A DNA stretch of 64,000 bases from positions 9,362,001-9,426,000 of the forward strand of contig NC_135761.1 of assembly GCF_052425735.1 (NCBI RefSeq). Direction: 5' to 3'. The translations under genes were made by a program, and so were the position numbers. Shown here piece by piece: positions 13,373 through 26,800 of the stretch (its first letter is position 1; the number at the start of each line of letters is the position of its first letter). Under the pieces are notes generated by a model. The model saw only the letters and a program-made list of their open reading frames with translations. It was not told where the DNA came from and searched no databases. The stretch is from Oculina patagonica (lineage: Eukaryota).

Positions 13373-13494
13373 GCGGTAGCTTATGAATCGTAACCGACCC
13401 GTAAACTCCTTCAGTTTGAATCTGTGAGCCGTAGAGAGCACTCTATCCGCAAGAATACTTTAGCGTTGCGATCGAAAATAAAAAAACTACAAAA

Positions 13495-16033
<2,539 letters not shown>

Positions 16034-17045
16034 ACATACAATCGCTTTTTTCGACACGTGCTGATATTATCAAGTGAAAAATGCGTAATATTTTAATAAT
16101 ATCTGAAGAAGAATTTTTTAATACGACAGTGCGCGCTGTCAACTGATCGTCTTCCTAAATTCTCCTTTCAGGTCTCTGTACATATCTAAAGTATAAGTTG
16201 GGAGAATTTCAACGTATATCGATACAATTTCCTGATTTTCTTGACCTTCCTTCGATCATTCTCTAAATGATGATTATCAGAATCTTAAATGGCGCTATGT
16301 CACATGTCATGAAGGTGAAGATAACCTTTAGTTGTCTCAGTTAAAAGCGTCGGACTTAAAGTGAAAACAAAAGGAATTGTCCTTTAACTGAGATTTAGGA
16401 GTTGAGAGTTCGAGTCCTGGACCCGGGTGCATAAAAATACAAGAATGTGAGATTCGCATATAGTGCGAGGGTTCCCCGGCAAGGAAATCAGGGGAAAGAC
16501 AAAGAGGGAAAAACAAAACGGGAAACGCCAGAGAGAGAGCAGGGAAAAGCCCGTAACAGTATTTAGCAACCGGGCCCTGGACGGGGTCAGTGTACTCTCA
16601 CTGTGCTTCTCTCCTCCCAGGCGTGTACCATGTAAAACTTCACGGGTCCCTCGCTTGATTGGAAGATAACTTTGTGAGAGAGAAAATCCTCCCCTGAGGT
16701 CTTGTGGCATAGGTCTTTTAAATACTTTTGATAATAACCAGGAATGGAAATCCTCAATGGGTCAAGAAAATCTTGAAACTAGCATATTATTTTTTTTAAA
16801 AAAGTATACAAGAAAATGAGCTGTAATTAGCACCAGGGCGAGTCATACCATAAAAGAGATGACGCGGCATATTTAGCATATAAGCTTGCATCCTTTTGTA
16901 ATCAAACTTCATTCACACAATAAAGTTTGACTGAAGCTTTGTAATCCATTTGGAGTTTGATGTGAGTGTGTGAGAGAGGGCAAGTTTTTTCATGTAGATC
17001 TACAGCATAACAAAATTATAAATACGCCCCATTCCATAACCAAGT

Positions 17046-17288
17046 GGGAGGCGCGGTGGCCTAATGTTAGCGCGCTCGACTTCGAGTCGAACGGCCCGGG
17101 TTCGAGGCCTGGCCGGGGCGTTGCGTTATGTTCTTGGGCAAGACACTTTACTCTCACAGTGCCTCTCTCCACCCAGCTGTATAAATGGGTACCAGCGAAT
17201 TTACTGCTGGGGGGTAACCTTGCAATGGACTAGCATCCCATCCAGGGGAGAGTAGCAATGCTCGGACACAGACTTTACCTTTACCTTT
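17046..17288 (+). mobile_element. tRNA-derived CORE-like SINE
   Basis: A box TGGCCTAATG, B box GGTTCGAGGCC, CORE-like CTTGGGCAAGACACTTTACTCTCACAGTGCCTC..TGTATAAATGGG, (ACCTTT)n tail. Confidence 0.8.
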
Positions 17289-17717
17289 CCAGAACCAGTA
17301 TTCAGTTTGGTGTTGATTGTGTTTGGGTAAATGAAAATTAGTAGATTATTTTATCTTACCACATCCTTTCGACTTGGAAAATAAAATCCCTGCGAACGCG
17401 TACGGTCTTTAAACGAAAGGTCCAACCTCGTTTCCAGGGTGTCTCTCACCCTCCTCTCAAGAGCAAGAAAAGAGAGTGACAGGGGCCGGGAGCGAAAGAC
17501 CCTTTGGAACGTCACGAAAGGTCTGGATGGAGTGACAATAGAAAGCAAGGGACCGCGGACGAAAATGCTGCTAGTGTACGTAGGAGCTGGAGACAGCTCT
17601 AATCAGCCAAAAATAAAAATACAGAGACAAGATAAGCAAGGCTGACACTACGTAGAAATGAAAAAACTTTAACGGGACAACGACATGATAAGTCCAAACT
17701 GAAAGTCAAAAATGCAA

Positions 17718-17762
17718 ACTCTGGACAGCTGTTTCGACCTGATTGGGTCTCTTCAGCAGAGT
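17718..17762 (-). ncRNA. minimal type I hammerhead ribozyme (Penelope-like/retrozyme type)
   Basis: Minus strand reads ACTCTG-CTGAAGA-GACC caatca GGTC-GAAA-C AGCT G-TC-CAGAGT. It has a 6-bp stem I, the CUGANGA and GAAA core, a 4-bp stem II, a palindromic stem III loop and a GUC cleavage triplet. Confidence 0.85.
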
Positions 17763-17932
17763 GTATGCCGCACAGAATAGAACAACCAGCGCAAAGACAT
17801 GTATAAAGTGCTCGTGGTAATGACAATCCGGATGGGCTCAAATTCAAACACCCGCCCATTGATCATAGCCGCGTGACTATTACTCAATAGGTCAAGAATT
17901 CGAAATATCATGTGATTGTCAAAACGGAGAGT

Positions 17933-18641
17933 TAGACTGAAATGCAGTTGTCTCCCGCCTTCAGCCTACCCCCTCCCCCCCCGAGGGGTACTCTCATAGA
18001 GAAGGAACGGGGATGCTTGTCGAAAAATTTGAACTAAATCCTCAAGGAGACCAATCTGGGCGTGTCTGAAGCTTTTTAGACCACTACAAGATACCATTTT
18101 TTATGCTTGATCGGTCTTGACCGCCAACACAGTGTGTACGGCGTTTTTTATTTCTTCGCGTGCAATCCTAAACGAGACTTGGTCGGCTAAGAGCGGTTTT
18201 CACTTGAGTGTCGAAAGTTAATTGCGTTTGCTTTGGTTTTGCATTGCTACGCTTAGTGATTGACTTAAAAATCTCGCGCCACTTTCTCAGCCAATCAGAA
18301 CTAAAACCAAAACCAATCGTGACTCGCTCGCGCACGTTTTCCCGCGCTTCGTGCCGGCTACATGTATTTGCTTCGAGTTTTGATTGGTTCACTGGATTGT
18401 CTGTGTCCTTTGTCATTGGCCAGAGTAATTACTTTGGTTTTGGTTTTACGACACTCAATTGAAAACTGCTCTAAAATATTTGGCGTTTTGTCTTGAACAC
18501 CCAAAGCAAGACCAAATTCCGTAATTTACACCCATCAGTGAGCCCCGACCCTTTCATATAGGAGTCCCCCTCCCCCATTCACTCAAGAGCCTCACTCCCA
18601 GGAGAAGGCTGAGGGCGGGAGTCAACTGCTATTTCAGGCTA
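17933..18641. mobile_element. three nested MITEs
   Basis: Outer ~35-bp TIR TAGACTGAAATGCAGTTGTCTCCCGCCTTCAGCCT. Middle element ~17975-18575 is of the 5979 family. Inner element 18191-18471 (GAGCGGTTTTCA..TGAAAACTGCTC) has a TAA TSD (PIF/Harbinger-like). Confidence 0.7.
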
Positions 18642-19242
18642 ATTCGCGCCAGCGATTTGAGAGGAAAAAGAACAACCATCGTTGAGTTCGTGATCACAAC
18701 TAGCTTTTTCCAAGCTGAATTTAAAAAAAACTATTTTCTTTTTATACCCCTTTTCAAAAAAAAAAATTGGAGTACAAGTCATTGACAACATTGTCATAAC
18801 TGAGTTCTTATGCTAATCGTTTGGAAACATCTTGACCGTTTTTAATCTTCCTGTCACTTCTTTTGTTTGATCATGGAAATATGTCTTTACAAGGCGTCAC
18901 TTTTATTACCAGACTAGTGAATTATACAGTTCATCTGAAAGCTGAGGCGCGATTAGAAATCAAACGAATTTAATTTCTGGATTGATTCAAAGGCGGCAGA
19001 AAACTGCCGATCATTTACACAAGAGGTTAATATATTTATAATTTTTGTGCTTTAATGACAATGAGTCAAATGGACTATGTAAATTTTTGCTTTTCCATAG
19101 TTCTCGGAGTCAAAACAATTTACAATGCTGATTCTTTTTGAACTTTATGGTCATTTGAACTTCATGGTCATTTGTTCTTAAAAAGTGACCTCAGTTTCCA
19201 CTCTCGGTGGAAGCGAGACAATTGCCAAAAAGACAAAATAGC

Positions 19243-19335
19243 AATTAAGTATAAAAATTAGCGAAAAAAGCCACATGGTTTTACTCAAGATGAGTTCGAA
19301 ACGTCGTGGCTTACTTTCGCTAATTTTTATACTTA
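19243..19335. mobile_element. short inverted Penelope-like insertion with a degenerate hammerhead core
   Basis: 12-bp direct repeat AGACAAAATAGC (19231-19242, 19336-19347), ~30-bp inverted arms, and internal CTCAAGA..CGAAACGTC. Confidence 0.55.
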
Positions 19336-19527
19336 AGACAAAATAGCGTCCACTAAAATAAATTTAGCAAACAGATGATTAAGCGTCTTTATTTCTTTGG
19401 CACAAGGAAAGCTAAACGAAAGGAAATAGACCGTTCTTTATACATTAAATTTCATTTAAAGTCACGCTCCAGAATATACCAGTTTAAACCGTGAAATAAA
19501 TATACATTTGTTTCGGCTAAAACTGAC

Positions 19528-20463
19528 CTAATTCAAAAAGCATAAAAATTGCCTGAGCGTGTTCTTAACTTCTTGTCTAACTTCTCGGATCTTCCAGCAA
19601 TAAAGAATCGGGTTCAGAGATGAGTTCAAGCAAACAAGACTGGCTGTTAATGCCCAAATGACATCAAGAAATGGCGATGATCCGTGAATGGTAATCATAG
19701 CTATGACTATACTGTATGGCAAATAACAAACTACTAATGTGACTTGTACCCACACTGCGGTATAAACAGTCCTTCTGTATCGCGCTATATTCAGTGGAAT
19801 TTCTCCTCCGTTCGGTTGTCCGAGGTGACCATGTACTTCTACTTGATTTTGATGATGGCGGAGTGCAAGGAAGATTTTCGAGAAACAACAGGCTGAGATT
19901 AAAAGACAGAGTGTTATTAAGGTAAAGTTATAAATTTTTGGGATCGTGTACTTCCAAAACGACATTGAGGCAAAAGTGATGCTGGGGATCCAAAAGAAGA
20001 TAACTAACGCTCGAACTCGCCTCAAAGTTACAATTGTTCTATATCGCGGCCCAAGTAACAGAGCGAGCAGTCTGTCCACACTTATTGCCGTCATCGTTAG
20101 CAAAGAGACTGCGGACAAAGTTGTAAAACTGACTGTACAAATAGCTGCCGAGTAAAAACAAAGATCAGTTAAGCGGAGGTCTGTCACCAAGGACGTGGAA
20201 TACAGCGCAGTGCTTGGTTGTGTAATAAGACCAACTAAAAGATCAGTGATTGCCAGGCAGCGATACAAAAGTTTTGATGGCGGATGAAGGGAAGTCTCCT
20301 TGTGCAGCGCAACTAGAATAAGCGTATTACCAAGGATTGCAGTAAAAGAAAAGAAAAAGTTTATAGCAGAATTGAAAGTCCAATGCTTTCCCGATGAACG
20401 AGCTGTACAAAACAGAACTTGAATGGTTTTGTTGTATTCTTCATTAGCCGTAGAGTTGTCCAT
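19528..20463 (-). CDS. intronless class A (rhodopsin-like) orphan GPCR, melanocortin/adenosine-receptor-like, 311 aa
   Basis: Seven hydrophobic segments. GN (TM1), LAxxD (TM2), DRL for DRY (TM3), CYLP (TM6), NSxLNPILY (TM7). N-glycosylation sequons NST and NKT at the N-terminus. Confidence 0.92.
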   Translation of the reverse strand: MDNSTANEEYNKTIQVLFCTARSSGKHWTFNSAINFFFSFTAILGNTLILVALHKETSLHPPSKLLYRCLAITDLLVGLITQPSTALYSTSLVTDLRLTDLCFYSAAICTVSFTTLSAVSLLTMTAISVDRLLALLLGPRYRTIVTLRRVRALVIFFWIPSITFASMSFWKYTIPKIYNFTLITLCLLISACCFSKIFLALRHHQNQVEVHGHLGQPNGGEIPLNIARYRRTVYTAVWVQVTLVVCYLPYSIVIAMITIHGSSPFLDVIWALTASLVCLNSSLNPILYCWKIREVRQEVKNTLRQFLCFLN

Positions 20464-21180
20464 GCTAGCTGGGTTTTGCGTGTTATGAGAGATGAAAGTT
20501 ATCTTCGACTTTTCTGCTCACTGCATGTCATAGTTTAGCACTGAGGAAGTGGGCGTTGTCTTAGAATGACACATGTCAGTCAAGAACGGTTCTTGCGTAG
20601 AACAGGTTCAAACAGCCAATTGTCGCTACCAACAACCACTCAATACTTCTCAATGCGAGGCACTTGACAAGATTATTATACGATTTTGCAGGTAGCTAAA
20701 TACTCATGTCGTCTCTCCTTTGGCGAGGCATACGTTTCATTACGCGATTAATATCCCACTCTTAAAGCGGACGGTCGTAAATCTGTCAGTACCGGCCATA
20801 ACAGATGTTTTCATAAAAATGTATGTGCATTTTAATAAAGAAAGTCTAGTAAACTAGGTAAATATTTACTTTCTGCTCTTTGATCGCCTTTAGCTTTTGA
20901 GGAAAAACTTGTCACACATTTTAAAATGACAAAAACTTCCCATGCACATGTCATTCTTGCCTAAATAAAGAGAGCGAAAAAGGTCTGGAGAGGACTTTTT
21001 CTTTTTTTCGTTCTCTCTCTTTTTTGTAATTCGTCGTCACTGCAGAGTGATTGCAAAGAAAAAATTTGGCAACGTCTAGTCGAGCGACCGAGTAAAGTTT
21101 GTTATAGCTGGGACTTCTGCTTAAAACAATCAAACTAAGCTATCTAAAAAAACTCATGGTTTGTTACGGAATTAAACAAA

Positions 21181-21963
21181 TACCGTATTTTCACGATTAA
21201 ACGCCGAGTCTTCACGGTGATGTTGAAAATAGGCCCCTCAGTTTTTTTTTTTTTGAGATATAATAAGCTGTAGGTTTTCTAGTAAGATATATGTTTGTGA
21301 AAAATAATGTATAAAAACCCCTTGCTTAATGAACAACAGGCTCGAATAAACTGCAGGAGACAAATAAACGCCGGGTCTACCAGGCCAAGTTTGCAAATAA
21401 ACGCCGAAGCAGGGGGGATCCAGGATTTTTCAAAGGGGGTGGCTGTTAAACAATATTTTTGTATACCGTTATGTGGGGTGGGACAGGTTAGAAGTTTTTT
21501 GAAAGTAAGAATGTAAATCATTTTGGGTCGAGGCCATTTCATGGAGCCGTATGCTCCATCCCTAGGGGGGTCTGGGGGCGCCCCCCAATGAACGTTGAAG
21601 CCTCTTAGACGTGATTTCTGTACTGAGCAGTACAGCTGTCAATAGTATTAAACCACTTTTTCCATTGCCCCCCCGAAGGTGAAAGTGAGATGTGAAGCCC
21701 ACAGGAAGAATTAGCAGGCGGACTGGCGACGCGCGTGACGCCGGACGGCCACAAAAAGAAGAAAAAATCATCCAGCAGGCGGCGAATCTTTGGAAAAATG
21801 ACCGTCCACTTTGAACGGCCGCCTGACTATGAAAGGTGGATGGACATTTTCGTTATTTTCATTTCACTATGTTTATTCTTTCTGGGGATCAAGGGGGTGG
21901 CTAGCCACCCAATCCACCCCTGGATCCGCCCCTGCGAAGGCGTTTAATCGAGAAAATACGATA
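21181..21963. mobile_element. TA-flanked MITE with nested CAGGGG..CCCCTG element (21410-21934)
   Basis: Outer TIR TACCGTATTTTCACGATTAAACGCC / GGCGTTTAATCGAGAAAATACG. Inner element flanked by a CGAAG duplication. Confidence 0.65.
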
Positions 21964-22252
21964 GATTCCATAGTGCCGTCGATCTGTTCAGTTTTAGATC
22001 ACAAAAATGTCAAAGTGTGATAATCGTAAAACATAGTCAGTATATAGAGACACCAGTGCCGTGTTTTATACTGCATGACATAGACTTGCTCCAAGTCTAC
22101 CTCGTATAAATTGATGAGAGCCAGAAGCGATCGATAGCGAGCAAGCGAGTGTTTGAAAATTAAAAGGGCTATGCATGACATAAATGGAGAACACCTGCCA
22201 AATTTTAGTCGTGTTAATACATGGCTTGGGCTTCTTAATTTGTTCAGTCGAA

Positions 22253-22540
22253 TACCGTAAAATTCCGGTTATAAGCTCCCCCGCTTATAAGCCCTCCCGG
22301 TTATAAGCCCATCTACCTGGAAACAAAAAAATGCATCCGATTATAAGCCCCCCAGGATATATTACGCGTTTTAACTTAAAAACGTATTTTGATCAACACT
22401 GCCGTGGTTCGTTTCGAAACGTCTTTTTTTCCTCCGCTTATAAGCCCTCCCGGATATAAGCCCCTCCGCTCTTATAAGCCCACACAAAACCCCTTACGAA
22501 GTTGTATAAGCTCAGGGCTTATAACCGGAATTTTACGGTA
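22253..22540. mobile_element. TA-flanked MITE (TATAAGCCC family)
   Basis: TIR TACCGTAAAATTCCGGTTATAAGC / GCTTATAACCGGAATTTTACGGTA. Same family as 51531-51867. Confidence 0.85.
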
Positions 22541-23868
22541 TACAGGTGATAGAGATGTTTTGGTAAACGGACTATGCAAATGTTTGCTTTTCCTACGTTT
22601 GAGCTCAAAGAAATAAGTTTGCAAGTCGTGTGCAGACGTTTTATCAGAGAGGTTTGTCAGCTCATTTCCTCGACAGTAGTTTATATACCACTTATAGCGT
22701 CCACCCTCTACCGGATATCGGCTCCCAGTTATTCGGCGTCGTATACATGTACGCCCTTGGCCCCAAACCAGGATTTGATGATATGGGAATTGAAATAACT
22801 TTCGCGCATGCAAAGATGGCCTCGGCGCGGAGAGGAGGTGGGTGGGTAGCATACAATCGATGGGGGACGTTGTTGAGTGAATTGCCTTCTCTGTGGATAA
22901 AATAAAAACCCAAAACATAAAAAACATTAATAAGTTTTTTAAGGTTGAAGATGTTTTATTCTGAAAAATGGTCTGTGAATACTTATTTGTACGAAATAAT
23001 AGACTTCAATGGTTACAGTTTAATTTTTCTATGAAAAAAAAACTGTTTCAAGCAGGATAGGGTCAATAGCAGTGTGAAGTGTGTTATACTTTGTTGTTCA
23101 TTATATAGTTTTCTGAAGAGCTGCGGTAGGAAAATTACGAATATCTCGAGAGAAAAACACGGAAAATGAAGTAAATTAGTGAATACTTTTAAGCGTTCTT
23201 TTGTTTTTGGACTTTGGGAACATGTCTAAGTCCAGTAATTGTATGAACAATTATGACGAATGGATTCTCCTGATAACAAGTATGTTATCAGGTCTCTTGC
23301 TTTAAATTAAATCGCAAACTGGGAAACATATGCCTAGATTCCGAGTAGGGTCCGAAGAATGTTCAATTCTTAATATCCAATCACGTTAAGCACAAGCACT
23401 TCAAGAATCGTTCAATCTCGTCCCAAAACCCGCGCGGCTGACAAAGGGTAGCGCAGACTCTGGGTACGAGATTGGGAGTCGTCACGTGAGCTTCTGGCTA
23501 TCGCGATGTGTTACCTAGCAACATCTCTGTAAAAAATCGTGAGCTCAGTCCGAGTGTAAAGCTCAATATTGAAAGCAGAGGGCGTGACATCAAATACAAA
23601 ACAGAACAGTGAAAAATGTTGAGTGTAACTTTCTCGAGCAGGAATTCCTTCCCTTCTCGCGGGAGATTTATGCAGGATTTACGATTCTTGGTTTGGAACT
23701 GTTCAGTCGTCCAAAGTAGTTCTCAGGAACAGCAAGTTTAGTTTGCGTTGAAAAATACGTGCGTTGTTACATGACGTGCCTTATATATGTAGTAAGTACA
23801 AAAATAAACCAATCAAAAATTGAGCTTTAATTTGTGGAAAATTCACCGACAAGGAATGTTCGGACGCG

Positions 23869-26800
23869 TCAGGATAACGAACCATTCACGTGACCGTTCA
23901 CGTGACTATCCACACAGTCCCATGTTTCTAGAGAATCCTCGAAATCTTCAAGGTCCGTAATTTCTAGGTCGTCGAGACTCCTGTCCACTTTAAGGTCCTG
24001 ACACTGCTGATAAGTTGAAATTAACTCCAACATGTCAGACTCCGCCTGAAGGGAAAAAACAATAAGACAGTCAGCGTTTGAAGGAAGCACGATAAAGCGC
24101 CGATGAACCGCGCATTATGCAAAGTCCCAAATTATCTTCAGAGCTAGAGTAATGGAAATACGAAATAACACCTTCGAAACAACAATGTCAAGAGGGTAGG
24201 AACTATTCATAAAGAAAACAATGACATACAAATCGCATTTTAAAAAGTCAAGTTGCACAAACGCTGTAGCACTACTAGCTCGTCATTTTCCGTTCATCTA
24301 AAATTGTTTGTTCAATTAGGTGAATAACTTCGCAATCCATCGAATCGTAATGTTCTATTCACGTTGACTTTTCCTTTTTACGTGGATGCAGCAACCCGCA
24401 AAATAACATAACATGGGCAACTCTAAGATACAGACATCTTTTACGGCTTACGGTGCGGGTGTTTACAGCGTATAATTAAAACACCACTCTAAGCTGGACA
24501 CATTGAGTAGCTCCCTGCTGAACATTCCTTTAACCCATCTAACGTACATAGACAACAATGAATGTTGCGGCGGATACAGAGGAGAAAAATTGAGGCCCGA
24601 GCGGCAAAAAGGTGTTTCATTAAGAAATTTTATACTCCGGGCTCCCACGTTTTTCGCTGGGGTCCACCTTGTATGCATAGACTGCCTGCAAGTCTAGATC
24701 CACCTTAAAATGTCAACTTCAAAGGCATTCACTGTAATTATTTAAAGAAAATTATCAAAAAAGTCGATTACATCTAACCTGTGTAAATTGCATTTCGTCC
24801 ATTCCCTCTACAGTGAACCAGTGAAGAAACGCTCTCCTCTTGAACATAACTCTAAACTGCAGATTGAGTCTTCTAAATAGTTCTTGTATAGCTGTGTTAT
24901 TAGCTATAAAGGTTGCCGACATTTTCATTCCGTGCGGAGGCACGTTACAAACCGCAACTTTAGCATTATGTGGGATCCACTCGACAAAATTCCCGCAGTT
25001 TTTATCTTGAACCTTCGCCATCTGATCCTCAACTTCTTTCATCGATAGCTTTTTACCGCGAAACATCGCTGCGTAGGTAAGGTATCTGCCATTTCTTGGA
25101 TCACAGGCGATCATAACGTTTTTGGCGTCAAAAATTTGCTGAGTCAGCTCAGCTACTGTCAGATTACGAAATGTCTGTGACTGTCTACTGGTCAGCGGTG
25201 CAAACCCAGGCATGAAGAAATGAAGGCGAGGATAAGGAATCATGTTCACGGCCAATTTACGCATGTCCGCGTTTAACTGAAGAGAAAAATAAGAAATAAG
25301 ATTATCTGGAGGACCTTAGCTGTTAAAATGGGGGAGGGGGGAGGGGTGTTAGGCCAGTAATGTTTCTTGTCCCCGCCCGCTTCAAAAATCAACAGACGTT
25401 ACTTTCGCTTTGTACCAGTTCTTTAAGCACAACTGAAAATTATGTAAGGCATTACTTTTTCTGCGTTTTAACACAAACACAGGCCAATCGTTTAAAGCCT
25501 CGGTACGCTAAGTCCGTAGTGGATAGGTCAATTGCCTTGCAGGATTTCTTTGCCAGTTCGCTTCTGGAGAATTCGACGATGGAAGAAATAACAAATAACA
25601 AAAAAAAAGGCGCCCACCCGCTCGCTTTTTTTTTATGAAATCCGTACGAGAAACATTTTTTTTACTTGGCCTTAAAAGATAGAAAGGTTTTTAAGAATTT
25701 TATTGCGGGAACACTGAAGCTGTTTTTCGAATAAAGTGCCCTAGAAAAGCGGATGGAAATTGCATAAGTTTCCACATGATTTTCAGGCTTAGTATTATTA
25801 ATAGTATTATTAATAGTTTAGCATTATTAATAGTTTTTTTAGGTATTCTAATTAATGTCCTTAATTAGCCCACAAGGACTAAACACATCGACACCGAAAT
25901 AAAGTTTTTACTTACTTACTTCAGCATTCTTAACTCGCTGAATGGGCACTGAATCTCCTTCATGGTCAAAACGAATGCAAGTAAGCCAAGACAGAGCAAA
26001 ATTACCTGGGTCCGATTTTCAAATTTATTTCCTCTCCGGCGAACAAGTGCTAGCGATCACGTAGTAACCAGCCTAAAGACGTCCTACGTAAACTTTAATT
26101 CTCCTTACTAATTACCGTACTTTTATTTTAATGTTAGTTCTGAGAATAAGTGTACAGTGATCAGACAATATCCCTAATTAATGACTTCCTGCTTTCTATC
26201 ACCTGTCTGCTTGACATTGCATTGAGAATGTATGGAGAATTGAAATGTTGGTCACTCACCTGTCCAGGAAAACGAAGACAAGTAGTAACACCGCTCATGG
26301 TCGTCGATATAATGTGATTTAAATCTGAGTACGTTGTAGTTTCAAGTTTAAGCGTTCTAAAACAAATATCATACAGCGCTTCATTGTCGAACGAGAACAC
26401 TTCATCTGTGGTCTCTATCAACTGATGTACCGCCAGAGTGGCGTTATAAGGTTCAATAACAATCTCGGAGACTTTTGGTGACGGAAACACGCTGACTGCG
26501 CTGAGTATCCGGTCCGGGTACTCCTCTTGTAAATGGTAGAGTATCAGAGTGCCGAGCCCAGACCCTGTGCCGCCTCCAAGGGAATGCGCAACCTGGAAGC
26601 CCTGGATCGAGTCACATGACTCGGCTTCTTTTCTGACCGCATCCAAGACCTGTTCCAGAAGGTTACATCCGTTTGTGTAAAAACCTTTGGCCCAGTTGTT
26701 TCCTGCTCCGCTCTCGCCTGAGAAAGAGGAAATAAGTAACAGTTATAAGTACAATCTCGCTTTCCTGTTAAATTGAATACATACTTCTTCTTATTGAACG

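Noticed and set aside
17046-17120. tRNA gene
   Set aside because: The A and B boxes continue into a SINE body and tail, and degenerate copies recur in the window.
22472-22927. Cluster of 70-150 aa ORFs
   Set aside because: No recognisable domain, and partly within a MITE.
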